Source of the DNA: Tricharina praecox
Taxonomy: Eukaryota
Reading direction: 5' to 3'
DNA: 64,000 nt
Assembly: GCF_024521635.1 (NCBI RefSeq)
Contig: NW_026250419.1
Coordinates: 310,001 to 374,000, forward strand
This document shows positions 38,101 to 50,585 of the stretch, one piece after another. The notes below the pieces were generated by a model. That model was not told the origin of the DNA. It ran no database searches and saw nothing but the letters and a program-made list of their open reading frames with translations. A program made the position numbers and the translations under genes. Each line of letters begins with the position of its first letter. The first letter of the stretch is position 1.

Positions 38101-39777
38101 GTGCCTGCTGCGAATCCGAAACTAGAAGTGCACGTTGCACGTCATCCGCTATATGACTATTCCTCCGTTGCTCCCCCACGTCCGGCACCTGTATCAGTGC
38201 CATCACCATTGACATCAACAACAGCAATAACAGCAATGTCAGCACCACCCGAAAACATCGTGGTTCTCGACGACTCTCCCCCTCCGCCAGCAGCGGCCGA
38301 ATATTTGGCCCCGCCGGAGATGGCTTGCATGGATATCGACAATCACTCTCCCAGTAACGGTGGCGGCCAAGTGCACACTGATGGTATCACACTCTCCGGA
38401 CTAGGAACGGAGACCCCCCCAAGCATCGTCCCAGCTTTAAGCGGAGGAGGCCCTTCGCTGCGCGATCCAAACGCACAACATATTGGTTCGATGCAGTGGC
38501 CGCAGTTCAATCAGCCACTAGCCAAGGTGATCTCCAGAAAGAAAGCTGCAAGGGTGTCCAAATACGATCCAGCCACCATCGCGCGCGACATCCTGATAGC
38601 CGCACGCAGGCATCCAACCGAGCGTGGACTCAACGACCATCTGCTGCCTCTCAAGGAGAACTTAGGCCTCGATTGGAGCTGCGATCTCTCCACCATCAGA
38701 TGGGATCTCGTCGACCCAAACCCTATTCTTCTCGATGCTGCCGATGGAGAAGTTGAGATGGATGGTGCGCCTATTGCGTTGTCGACACCAGTCATCTCTA
38801 AGAAGCGAGCTCGCAACCATGCTCGTAGATCTGCACCGGGAGGCCAAGCTTCGGAAGTTGCCGCTACACCAAAAGTCCGTGGCATCAAAAATGCGGCTCC
38901 TGTACCACATAGCGCGCCGTCATACCGCGCTTCTTCGCGTCGTGCAACCAACTTTGAAACGCAACCCATCTTCATCGACTCATGTCCAGAGTCCTCAACT
39001 TCGCCGATGACCTCAGAACAGCCAGCCAAGCGACGCCGAACGCAGGACACAGCGAGCTCTTTCACTCCGTCGAATTCCCGCGCTCGCAAATTCAAGCGAT
39101 TCGGCTGCAAATGGAAGGACTGTGCTGCGGAACTCCACAATATCGACAATCTCAAGCGCCACCTCTTGACTCATAAGCAGGGCAGTTTTGACAGGGACCG
39201 GTTCACGTGCAACTGGCTCGGATGCGCTCGGCCACTTACAAAGAAGCAGAAAGCGATGGCCGGCGAACACCCACCGATATTGTTCGAGTTTGCAAGCGAG
39301 CAGGAATGGGCAGCCCACCTCGACGTTCATACCGATGCTGTTATGCAGAGTTTCGGAATGGGACCAGCAGTATTACTGTCAGGTTCGCTCCCTCTCCCTC
39401 TCCCTCTCCCTCTCCCGAACACAGAGCCGAACTAACAGAGAGAAGACCCGGAATCGGGTGTCTCGGATGTCGACTACCTCTCCGACCACGCCGGCAATCA
39501 GATCACGCCAATCGCTTCGGCCTCGACACCGCTCCACAAATTCTTGCCGCCGCCTGGATTCCCAATGACGAAGCTTTTCAAAATTGCCCATGGAATCAAC
39601 TCGCCGAAAACTGCGCGTGTGACGAAGGCGCAGCGCCAGCTGTGCGATCGCTATGGCACGCTGGGTGCTGGCACGTTAGGAGGCCAGATTGGCGATCTGC
39701 TGGATACCGACTGGCAGGCTCTACTCAACGACACGCACATGCGAATCGTCAAAAGTCCTTTCCAGAAGCCATCTTAG
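35114..39777 (+). CDS. Large Q/P-rich protein with C-terminal C2H2-type zinc fingers, 3 exons
   Basis: Introns about 35420-35472 and 39383-39446 join the ORFs in frame; CKWKDCAAELHNIDNLKRHLLTH and CNWLGC...WAAHLDVH; globular-looking YDPATIARDILIAARRHP block. Confidence 0.8.
36040..36380 (+). repeat. 15-nt coding minisatellite (QQLRD / QQQRE units)
   Basis: Tandem CAACAGCTGAGAGAC-type units. Confidence 0.9.
37310..37462 (+). repeat. 12-nt coding minisatellite (QAPQ units)
   Basis: Tandem CAGGCTCCGCAA-type units. Confidence 0.9.
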
Positions 39778-40357
39778 CACAGCCGTCATGATTGCACAAT
39801 GGAGATTTTTTAGGCGTTTGTCTTGGGGCGAAGTATTTGCTCGCTCCTCCGTTTTCTTCATTTGCTAGAGGCTACCATGTACTGTTGCGTTCTCTATATC
39901 CCGGGTTTGAAGATTCAAGTGCTTTTACCTTCAAATTTTGCATTCTTACTGTGCTCTGTATTCTGTGCTCGATTCTTTGTTAAATGGCGTTGATTGATTT
40001 CTTGTATTTCCACCAATCTTAGTGCATAGAGTGAGGTAGATACTTTCAAAAGGGGGGAGAGGGTCTCCCAAATGAGAACGGTTGCACTCTGCTGTTGCAT
40101 TGCTTGATCCCGGCTATCACTTCCTAACCAGAGCCCAAGCACCCCCCTCAATCACAACAACCACAACATATTCATCAAGACACTGTACCCATCGATCCAT
40201 CCTCCATTCTGCGCCGAGTACCTACAGTGCTGAGGGTGTTTGGTAGCTGGCTGGATGAGCACTCTCCCTTGTCGTCCACCTTCCCAGGAGAATCCCAAAA
40301 GAATCGACGTTGTGGACCGGTCTCTATTGTGTTTTATTATTATCACCTCGGGCTTCC

Positions 40358-43300
40358 ATGACACATTCGTCTTCTGCCGCCATGTTCTCCCGAGTGGCAA
40401 CGGTACGCCCTCCGTCTCATGGCATGGCGGATGCAGGTTGTTGTTGAAGCTGACGAAAACATGCACTGCAGCTCAAGAACCATCTCAAGCGGCACAGTCA
40501 GAAGCTAACTTCCGTAAAATTCGATGTTTGTCCGAAATGCGGGTATAACAGCACTGACGCCGATAACCCGACCTCTCTCCCGGGCGGAATCAATCCGAGT
40601 ATCCTCCTCGACAGCTCACCATCGCCGCAGATGCTACTCTCAGAGGGCAATGTCGTCATCTACGCCAACAAATGCGCTGCGAGAGTCCTGAGGGTCAGGC
40701 AATTGGATGACCTCGGAGAGGAAGAGTCAAATGTTGCGGTGGGCGGAGAGGAGCACTGGATTCCCCCGGAGTATGATGTGCAGCGGGATGAGAACTTGGA
40801 TGAGGAGGGCTTTGAGAAGCCTCTCGCCACGGGTCTGGAAGGACACACCCTTGACCAGTTGAATATTCTACTCGCGGACCCGGGCATACGGCAGTGGGTC
40901 TCCCTTATCCAGGTCTTTGAGAATATCAAGATCAGACTCCAAAAGCAAGAGGCGTGGAAGAACGGGACGGACGCTGCTGAGAGGGCGGAGATGTATGGAG
41001 AGGGCCCCAAGTACAACAGCTACGACTACTACGGTGAACAGGAGCAGTTAAAGCGGGGAGACGGTCTTCATTCGGATCTTGCCACGAGAGACACGGCTCC
41101 GGTTTGCATTGAACGAGATGATGGCAAGGAGATTCCTGCTACGATGTTCGTTGCGCTTGTTGATCCGTTCCACACCGGTTATTGCTACAGTACGGTGACG
41201 TTCATTCCAGGACTTCTGGATGAAGATGCTACATTTACTACACAGACGGCTACCGAGGACAAGCACCGACGCCGGAAGCGCGACATGTTGAGGAGAAAAC
41301 AGCACCATCATGCCGACGAAGAGAAAGAGCTCGTCGATCCCGCCAACCCATTGGCAGACTGTGCCGTAGGCCAGTCAGGGTTGAACATGATGCAGCGAGT
41401 AGCACACATCAAAGACAGGATCCTAGACCAGATGGATTATTGCTTTATTGCTTTGTCTCCGGATGGTGACATCGTGATCACGAATGCTGCAACCAAGGCG
41501 GTTCTGGGTCAAGAGACTTTACAGGCGAGCATAGGGTAGGAACCACCAGCCGGGGCATGGGAGAGATACGCTGACGATATTTGTGCAGTGAGGGGTTTGA
41601 ATGGATCGCTCGTCTTGATATTTGGCGACCAGATTTTTCGGAGCGGCTGCCTTTTGAAGAATGGGCTCTCAACAAACTCATCACCCACCGACAGCCATTA
41701 ACTCAGGTTATCGGCTTGTATGCGGGAACGATACCATTGGTAGTTGAATTGAGAGGGAAATGTTTGTACGAGAACCCAGAGAAGGAAGAGGGATTACTTG
41801 CGGCTTTGGCGATCGTCGTGGATCAGACTCAATGGTTCTGTTAACCTGGCTGAAATATTTGAAATATGAGTGTTTAGACTAACTTCAACAGGTTCTCAAA
41901 GGAGAAGCAGATGACAGACGTCCAGACCAGACAGGAGATGTTCATCTCCACCATCTCAAGGGAGCTCAAAACGTGGTACCCCAATCCTCCAGTACATTGG
42001 TACCGGTGTATACTGATGGCTGCATTAGACCCGTGGCCGGAATCATAGGGTTGCTGGAGCTTTTGTATGGCACAAGAGACAAGCTGAACGAGGAGCAAGT
42101 GAATTATATCCGTCAAATTTTCGGCTCACTCAATTCTCTCTGTAAATATCACGTTCTCCCATCCATAGCCATAATTAATGACTCGTTTAGTGCTCGTACT
42201 CCAGGACATCATCGACTTCAACAAGATTACCGCCGGCGAGGTTGTCATCGACCGGCGAACTTTCATCCTGCAGGATCTTGTGGAAGAGCTGGAGACATTG
42301 TTTTCGGAGAGCATGGCTAAAGACGGGATCCGTTTCGAAGTCGACACATCGGGAATCGACAAGAGTGCTTTTGGCGATGGTTCACGCTTAATGCTGGTGG
42401 GCGATGACAGCAAGATCCGGCGAATTGCTGTCAACATGTTGTCCAACGTCAGCCGTCTTCTCCCGAGAGATAATGTGTGATCATTTCTGACGTGTGATCA
42501 AGGCCTTCAAATTTACGGTCGAGGGAGAAGTGAGACTGAAGGTTTTCACTCAAAAAGTCATGAGAAATTCGCTGGAGGTCAAGTTTGAGATCCAGGTAAG
42601 GGCCATGTATAGGCGTTTGGGTGGTATTTCTGACAGATTTTTCTAGGACACTGGCCTTGGAATCTCCGACGAAGACCGACAGACGCTTTTTGCACCTTTA
42701 GACAAGACTTCTGCACAGGACTCAAAGACGATTGGAGTAGACGGCATTGGATTGAACATTGCTCGGAAGGTTAGTGAGATTTACGCAGATGCTTACCCAA
42801 GCGGCTAACACTGCGCCATTCAGTTCGTTTCTCTGCTGGCTGGTGACATTGGGTGCATGTCCATCCTCGATAGAGGTACCACGTTCTGGTTCACAGTACC
42901 ATGCGGTCGACCATCTCCCGAATCGGAGGTCGTATTTGGTCCAAAGGAGAAGACACTCTCGAAAACTCTTGGCATCGTCATTCACAGCAAAGACCTGGAA
43001 GACGAAGAAAATAAGATGGCATCCGAGTTCGCCAAGATCCACATTGAGGGCACTGTAGTGCTATTAGTTGAAGACAATTGGGCTCATCAGGTGGTCATGG
43101 GGAAACGGCTGGAGTCGATGGGATGCGAGGTGGTTAAGGCTCTGAACGGTCGAGATGCCATCAGTATCCTCAAGAAGAAGGATACCCATGTGGACCTCAT
43201 CTTCATGGACATACAGATGCCGTTGCTAGTCAGTCAAAACCCAGTGCTATTTATTCTTCGCCACATGATAGCTGACATAATAAATAGAACGGATTCGAGG

Positions 43301-43545
43301 CAACGAAGTTCATCAGGACGGACCCAGAAATGGTACGGTGGAAGAACCTTCCCATTATTGGAGTGACTGCGACAGAAGAGCTAGGAGATCGTGAAAAGGC
43401 CAAAGAGTATGGCCTGACCGACTTTACGGTCAAGCCACTCAATAATGAGATAACCAGAAAGTTCATCGAGGAAATTATGGATCCTGTCGCTGTGGTGAAG
43501 CGGAGAGGGACCGTTGGAGGAGCGTCTTTGGGGCCATTGGGGTAG
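40358..43545 (+). CDS. Hybrid histidine kinase-like protein (PAS-like, HisKA, HATPase, receiver) lacking the phospho-His; multi-exon
   Basis: ISRELKT/PVAGIIG H-box, NMLSN/AFKFT N-box, DTGLGI G1, DGIGLNIARK G2, GTTFWF, receiver VLLVEDN...DLIFMDIQMP...KPL; start codon uncertain. Confidence 0.85.
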
Positions 43546-44210
43546 GGCCTGAGTAAGAGTAGTGTATGGCATTTGCACAAGTACACGCCGAAGCCGTATG
43601 AAGTCGAAAAGAAAGAGACTTCGCTTTACGCATTTAAATTTTGAAGTCACTGGATCACTGGACTTCGTAATAATTATGATGTAGTCTGTGACGGCAATAC
43701 AATTCCCGCTAGTCAGAGCCACTACGCAGATGCTATTACGCAAGCGACTACCAAGCATGAGGCTCTTGGTTTACTTATGACCTCACCGGAACAAGCCCTC
43801 CAGACTCCAGAGTCCAGTTCCACATCTTCTACATACACCACCTATTCCCTCCATTTACTGCCTCCCGCTTGCCCGTCAGCAATCAAGAATATCCACGGAG
43901 TCGCTGAGGAAAGCCTGTATTGCCTGCATTGCAGAGATAATTCTGGAAACTGGATCCCCGCAGTTTTCGCCAACGGCTGCGCCAGTCGCTCTCTTATATT
44001 CGCCGCCGCCACACTCAGCCCCGGGTCCACCTCCGAACCCGAATCTACGCTCTCCTTTCCCTTGCAACCCGACTCCGACTATCCCGCCGAATAAGTCTCC
44101 TCCAGCCTTTCAACAAAGAAGCCCGTGTCCAGCGGCATGCGAACGGCTCCGTCACCCAACGCGTCAGCCTAAGATCCCGTTCGGCTCGGCGCAGCTTCAA
44201 AGACAACACC

Positions 44211-46400
44211 ATGAGCTATAACAACTACGGAGAAGCACCGCAGCAGCAGCAGCAGAGCTGGGGGGGGTACGTAAGGGCTGCTGCGCGGTATGCGACATCT
44301 ACAGCGTCGAGCACGACGGCGGACGGACAACCGAGGGAGCCCGGCGCGAGACGGAGGAAGCTGATACAGGCCGCCAGCGAGCTCAAGCAGAGCTACTATG
44401 CCGGATATAGGTCCAACAATGTGTCTGGGGAGAACCTGCCGGAGACGGGAGTGGTAACGGCGGATAATATGGAGCTATGGTTGTTTCCGAGTTATGCCCG
44501 TGAGCTGTCGGGGGAGGAGCGGAGACGGAAAGATGTCAATGAAGAACCCGCGTTCGCGAATTACGATGAGTTCTACCATGGCGACCTCGATTACGGCGAG
44601 GAGGATAACGTCTGCGAGGTCGATGTGAGAGGCTGGCTCTTTGCGTCACGGTCAGGGCCGCTGGGGAGGAAGGACAGGTGGCAGATGAGTGTTGTGAGAT
44701 GGATGTGCGGATTGTCGTCGCAGGCACCTAGTCAGTCCGAAGACAGTGATGGACCACCTCTGCAATCATCCAGTGCGTCAATCCGCTCAGAAGCTGGGTC
44801 TGAAGGCGGCGGTAGCTGGAGAAGTGCATTGTGGCGAAGCAATCCAGCTCAGGAGCCGCAGCCTACCATGACTCCCGCAGAACTACGAGCTGCCAACCTT
44901 GCGTTTGACGAAAGACTTGCGCCGTTCACTCATCAGGCGATTCCCAGGACCCCAGTTACCATTATCTTCTACAATAACACCAACAATACCCAGGCTCACG
45001 AACACACACTATACACCTCTGAGAATGGTCACTTTAGCGTCAGGGAGCGGTTGTCTTTCGTGCCGACCCACGCCGTTGTCCGTGTGTTAGCGTCACAAAC
45101 ATTGTCTATCACTGAAGAGGTCAAGATGCATTCCGCCGAAGGCATCTCGCTAATCTCGGACATCGATGACACGGTCAAACACTCCGGGATTGGAATTGGC
45201 CCACGTGAGATGGCAAGAGCAGCATTCACGATGCCGGTGCGCGATGTCATGGTTCCAGGTGTGGGTGATTGGTACAAGACGCTCGCTTCACCGCCTTACA
45301 ACGTTTCGGTTCATTACATCTCGAATTCTCCGTGGCAGTTGTACCCTGTGCTTAGGTCCTTCTTCAGCGAGGCCGGACTTCCGCCAGGGTCTTTCCACCT
45401 CAAACATTACAACGGTATGTTTCAGGGTGTTTTCGAGCCTGCTGCGGACCGCAAGAGAGGGACAGTAGAGCGCGTCATGTTGGATTTTCCTAGTCGGAAG
45501 TGGTTGCTTGTAGGAGATTCGGGCGAGGCGGATCTGGAAGTGTATACGGAGATGGCGGAACGATGGCCGGACAGGGTTATAGCCGTCTGCATCCGAGACG
45601 TCACGTCGCATCTCACACGAGACTATTCGGTCTTTGCCGGAGAACCCACCCAACCGGGATCCAATCTCATGAGCTTCGACGGCAATAATAGCAGCGGGAC
45701 ATTGCAGCGGCCTTCTCCTCTACGGGACGACTGGGCTGAAGATGAATCCCCCCTTCCGAATCCACGGCCGATCCCACGACCATCTCCTCATAGGAACGAC
45801 GCATCGACTTGCTCTTCAAACTCTAGTACATCAACGTTGAGCATCCGCAATAGCACGCCTCCTTCACGGCCCGAAAAACCACCAAGTCTCCGCAGTCCTC
45901 CGGTTCCAAAGAAGCCCACGGCACTCCAGCAACACCATTCCACTCCGAATGCAATTCTGCAATCGGCGCAAGATGCACAGGCAACTTCCAGTCGCGGCAC
46001 GGTTCCCCCACCACCGCCACCACCCCGTCGCTCCACCATATCGGCCGAACCATTGCCGCCGCCGCTACCACCACGTCGGGACACCTCCCATGACGTCAGG
46101 GCCGGCTTACCACTACGAAGAGTCATCACGGCGAACCCAGCACTGGAGGAAGTACGAACCGCAGCACCCCCTCGGCTCCAGCACCGGGTCGCAACCGCCA
46201 CGGGGATTAGCGCTGGTACAGACCTTCCGCAGCTCACAAAACGTCAGATCGAATGGGAGAGGCGGTGGGCAGTCGCCAGGGAAAGACTGGATCGCATCAA
46301 CGTCCGCCTGCTGTACTGGCGCGTTGGCACGGATCTGAAGGATATTACCGTCGGTTTGGTGGAGAAGGAACTGCGCGGTACTGTAGGGAGAAAGGAGTAG
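44211..46400 (+). CDS. APP1: Actin-patch phosphatidate phosphatase App1
   Basis: GISLISDIDDTVK (DxDxT), HYISNSPWQLY and LVGDSGEADLEVY motifs; Pro-rich PPPPPPRR tail. Confidence 0.9.
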   Translation: MSYNNYGEAPQQQQQSWGGYVRAAARYATSTASSTTADGQPREPGARRRKLIQAASELKQSYYAGYRSNNVSGENLPETGVVTADNMELWLFPSYARELSGEERRRKDVNEEPAFANYDEFYHGDLDYGEEDNVCEVDVRGWLFASRSGPLGRKDRWQMSVVRWMCGLSSQAPSQSEDSDGPPLQSSSASIRSEAGSEGGGSWRSALWRSNPAQEPQPTMTPAELRAANLAFDERLAPFTHQAIPRTPVTIIFYNNTNNTQAHEHTLYTSENGHFSVRERLSFVPTHAVVRVLASQTLSITEEVKMHSAEGISLISDIDDTVKHSGIGIGPREMARAAFTMPVRDVMVPGVGDWYKTLASPPYNVSVHYISNSPWQLYPVLRSFFSEAGLPPGSFHLKHYNGMFQGVFEPAADRKRGTVERVMLDFPSRKWLLVGDSGEADLEVYTEMAERWPDRVIAVCIRDVTSHLTRDYSVFAGEPTQPGSNLMSFDGNNSSGTLQRPSPLRDDWAEDESPLPNPRPIPRPSPHRNDASTCSSNSSTSTLSIRNSTPPSRPEKPPSLRSPPVPKKPTALQQHHSTPNAILQSAQDAQATSSRGTVPPPPPPPRRSTISAEPLPPPLPPRRDTSHDVRAGLPLRRVITANPALEEVRTAAPPRLQHRVATATGISAGTDLPQLTKRQIEWERRWAVARERLDRINVRLLYWRVGTDLKDITVGLVEKELRGTVGRKE

Positions 46401-47734
46401 GTATTGGGTGGACACGAATACTATACTCTACGCTTGTAAACTTTTTTGACGACGTTATGCTCCTTTATCCTGTTTGTTGGCGTTGTGATGTTTTGATATG
46501 CTTGCAGTGGGGCTAGGGTTATAGCTTCTTGTTATATGGCGCTGTGGCTGGCTGGCTTGATGATTGATTTGGTTTTGCATGTGTTGTATACCTCAGTACC
46601 TATTGGACAAGCAATGTTAGGAATATAGTAGGTATGTAATTGCGCGTTCACCATCTTTTTTTTTTTCTTCTCTCGGAAGCGGCATCTACCTACCTACCTG
46701 GTAGGTATCTAGTCCAGCGCTTTGGCACTTGGGACTCGTCAGGAAAGCTTGTATTAAGATACATATCGAGATCGTCATCTTCGGAACGGAGCCACTGCAT
46801 GCACTGGCCCTAGCGCGGTGATGAGATTCTGATGAGATTTCGAGTGATGGAAGACGTCGACGGGCGTCCAAATTAGGCCACTGCATGCATTGACCCTGGA
46901 GCGGTGATGAGGGTGGAAAGACAGCTAGGGGGTAGGAGAGAAAGGAACCACGTTTACGATCTTTAGGTAGGTAGTCTATGTAGGTAGGTAGGCTGAAACA
47001 GTGAAACCGGGACCCGCTGAGTTTGTAGGTACATACCAGTACATAGAGTACCTTTTTCGGTAGGTCCCGTAACGTCAAAGGGGAAGGGAGAGGGGGGCAG
47101 AGGGGGAGGACAGCCCTCCTGTACTAGCCCAAGTATCCGAGCTTTTTCCTTCCATTACGTAGGTAGAGCGGAGAACCAATTTAGCGGGTGCTGTGCGGTG
47201 CAGAGTGATTACCGGCATGTATTTACTCTACATATGATACGTATACGAGGCTGCGGGACGACGGGATGCCGCAAGAGGCGGTGGTGGTTGTACTCTAGTT
47301 GTGGTGGTTGTGGTGGGTGAAGGACCCAGCGAACTGAGACCTGAGTGTGCGGATACCTCGCTTGGGCCATCGTGCTTTGCTTTTATCCGCCGATCGCCAA
47401 ATTCCGGGTCTGCGCTCTAGTTACCGTATTCCACTACTATGTATGTAGGAGTTAGTGGGAAACGGGGGAGGGGGGCGAATCACGGCCCGCTTCCTTCCAG
47501 GCCGCCCATCCACTGCTGCTGCTGGTCCCGGTCCCGGTCCTGGCGACGCGTACGCGGTTTCAACAGGCGGCGTGCGGTATGTAGGCTGTAATGCTGTAGA
47601 ATAGAAGGTACATAGAAGGTAGACATGTAGCACGGGTGTCACGGAACGGAAATGGAAGACTACTACATCATGTTTATTACTACAGTATACCTGGCAGGGT
47701 GCCTAACTACTCCAAAGGCTTATTTTCTCGTAAA

Positions 47735-47772
47735 GAACAGCGAAACAGCGAAACAGCGAAACAGCGAAACAG
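47735..47772. repeat. (AAACAGCG)n octamer repeat
   Basis: About 4.5 tandem copies seen directly. Confidence 0.9.
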
Positions 47773-47938
47773 CTAACCACGGACGCCAATTATCCCCCCC
47801 CTATTATATCACAAAAAGAACCCGCACAGGTACAAGCGAGCAGGGGAAAAGAAAGAAGAAGATATGAAATTACAGTACACAGACAGCGAAGCCATCCAGC
47901 ACATTTTCCGTAACAGATACGTACGCCGATAGCCTAGT

Positions 47939-49300
47939 TTAGTAGCTCGAGCAGCTTATGCCCGCCGCGACAGCGCCCATATCGATCCACGCTCCCTGAG
48001 CACACGTAGCCCACTTGGTTCCGTTCTCGAGGCACTTGGTCTCGCCATCGACCGTGCACGCTCCGAGGGCGCTGTACCGGACGATCTTGCCGTTGCTGCA
48101 GGTGGTGCCCGAAGCCACAGCGCCCATGGGGACCCATGCGTCGTGGTCGCAGACGCTGAAGCTGGCGCCGTCGTCGGAGCACAGCATCGTGTTGGGCGTG
48201 CATTTTCCGGAGGCACTGATGACAGTGGGTGTGGAGACATAGGTGGCGGTGCGGGTGACAGTGGGTGCTGGGGCGTACTCGGTGATCGGGGTGACGGCTG
48301 GGGAGGTGGTGATGGCAGTGGTGTAGGCGCGAGTACGGGTGGTCATGGTCGAGGGGGTGTAGATAACGGTGGAAGTAGGGGTGGCGAGGTCTGCGGTGGT
48401 TCTATCCTCCACAACCGTGGTCTGGTCCGCTGTCACGACTATCTCTGGGTCTTCCACTTTGGAGCTTTCCTCCGCGCTGGAAAGCGAAGACATAGTCGTC
48501 GCAGTTGACTCGGTTGACGTGACGGATTTGCTACTGATAACGACCTCGCTGCCAGAGTCGGCGGGACATCCAAGGACTTCAGTTGCGGCCGTGCCACGGA
48601 GGCTGGCAACACCGTATTCGACCTGCTCACCAGGGTTGGGGTAGACAACATCAACATTCTCGTCAACGAGACAAGTGTCGCTGAAGATGTTGGCTCGGAA
48701 CATGGCTGGGAGGGACTCGAACGAGGTTTCGGAGGCCGCGTAGTCGTCATTCTCAATGTTGACCCGCGCACAGTTCATGTACATTTCCCTGTTTCCGGTC
48801 TTGTTGATCCAACTCCATGCGAAGAGGACGTCCTCGCCAGTGGGAACAGAGGTAGGAACGGTGAAGTCCCAGCTGGTCTGTACGGGGCAGTTGCCGATGA
48901 TGCTCTTGATCACCTTGAAGCTGGCTCCGTTGTCGTAGCTTAGCGACAGCTGGCAAGAACCACCGTTGTGAGGCGCCGAGCCAACGAGTCTGCTCACTGG
49001 TTAGTTATCTCGGCACATGAGGAACTCGGGGAGGGGAAAGATATGAACATACTCAATCGAATACGTCTGTCCCGCTTTGTAAGTTGCGGTGACATGACCA
49101 CCGGCGTGGTGGGCGTTCATGCACGGGTAGTCGGAGCCATCAATCGCCATCGGGCGCATCATGTCGTAGTCAACGGCCGAACCGGTGTTTGTGGTGTCGT
49201 ACTTGCTGCCAATCGGAAAAGGAGTCTTGAGTTCCATGTGCGCCAGCGCATTAGAGGTGAAGAGCGCGACAGCGACGGCGAGGGTGAGGATGCTCTGCAT
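47939..49300 (-). CDS. Lytic polysaccharide monooxygenase AA11 with S/T linker and two C-terminal Cys-rich modules
   Basis: Signal peptide followed by His1 (ALA/HMEL), YPC, GSAPHNGGSCQLSLSYD, WSWINKTGNREMYMNCA; one intron about 49052-48990. Confidence 0.9.
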
Positions 49301-50520
49301 TTTGATTGTAGTTGTTTGGTAGTTTCGGTAAGGAGGGTTGTAAAGAGATGTCGAGTGTTGAGCAAATGTGGTGAGGGAGTGTGGTTGGTAGTGACTGTAA
49401 AGGTCCAGACTTTAAGCCGCGATAGAGGGGGAGGGAAAGAGCAAGAGAGAAAGGCGGCGAACGAGTGAAGAAATAGAAGTGAATGTGGTGTTGGATTATC
49501 GTATATTGTTTGCCGCGGAATTTGAACGGGGAAGCTAGCTTCCTTATACTACGCCTACCTTACCCTTCCTCACTCTTAATCATCCCGGGCGTTTCATCCG
49601 AAAGGGTCAGATCGTTTAAAAAGGTAAGGGTGAAATAATCTAGACCCGTTCACTGAATGTCAATCGCATTGACATTCACCTCGGTGCACGCCGTATCCAT
49701 GGTTCCCCCTGCATCGATATTACTATTACTGCACATGTATATCGCCCCACAGACGTATCCGTACAGCTGGGGTGTACGCAGTTGTAGATCCCGGAAGTGA
49801 GGGGGGACAGCAGGAGGAATTGAGTGATTGTTCCAGCGAGTGCGAGGTAGTGCAGGTAGGAAGCCCTAGCGGCCAAATGCAGGGACACAGCCACGCTAAG
49901 AGGGCGCTTGCGCTTCGGTCACTTACCCCATCGAGCGACAGGTACCCCCGTGGGCTAAAGTTGGCAGAATCTCAAACTTATGTCAGCCCGCTCTAGTTAC
50001 CCGGTGCCTGTCACACTATAATAATCCGACTCTTCTTCCCCCTCATTCCCACTCCTCAGGTGTCCCCCCTCATCGAAGCTGCGTTTCTGTGCCACAAACC
50101 GACACTTCATCTACCCGATGCTCGTCGTCTCCGTCCCCTGCACATGAGAAATTCGGAGAAATCTTCAGTCACTACACCAGTCTTTGTGCTGGCTGCTCGC
50201 AAGGGCCTGGCGTGAATCACGTCTGCAACAGGCATCAGAAAACCAAGGGCCCTCTCTCAAAAAGAGGTCACCCTGTGGAAGTCTTTGCGAAGATTGTGGA
50301 TGATGCCATCTTAGTGCAATACGCAGCGTGCTCTTGTTTCTTTCTCCTCCGGGAGAGAGGAATGGGGGCATAATTCGATTCCGATTACTCCGATGAGGGG
50401 GGCACCTCACTTTTTTCTTCTTCTTCAGGTCGGTCACTACCTCTTCCCGCTGTGAGGAGTTCTACTAATTTGAGGGGGCGGTGATGGGTAGCGAACGGTG
50501 TCGGGGGAAGGCGACGGGCG

Positions 50521-50585
50521 GTGGACGGGGATGAGTACGAGGTGGACGGCGGGGAGTACGAGGTGGAGGGAGAGGAGTACGAGGA
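50521..50585. repeat. 21-nt minisatellite x3 (GTGGANGGNNNNGAGTACGAG)
   Basis: Three diverged tandem copies seen directly. Confidence 0.75.

Noticed and set aside
47325..47375. CTGAGA motif as a TPP riboswitch
   Set aside because: Lacks the remaining conserved aptamer elements and no thiamine gene is adjacent
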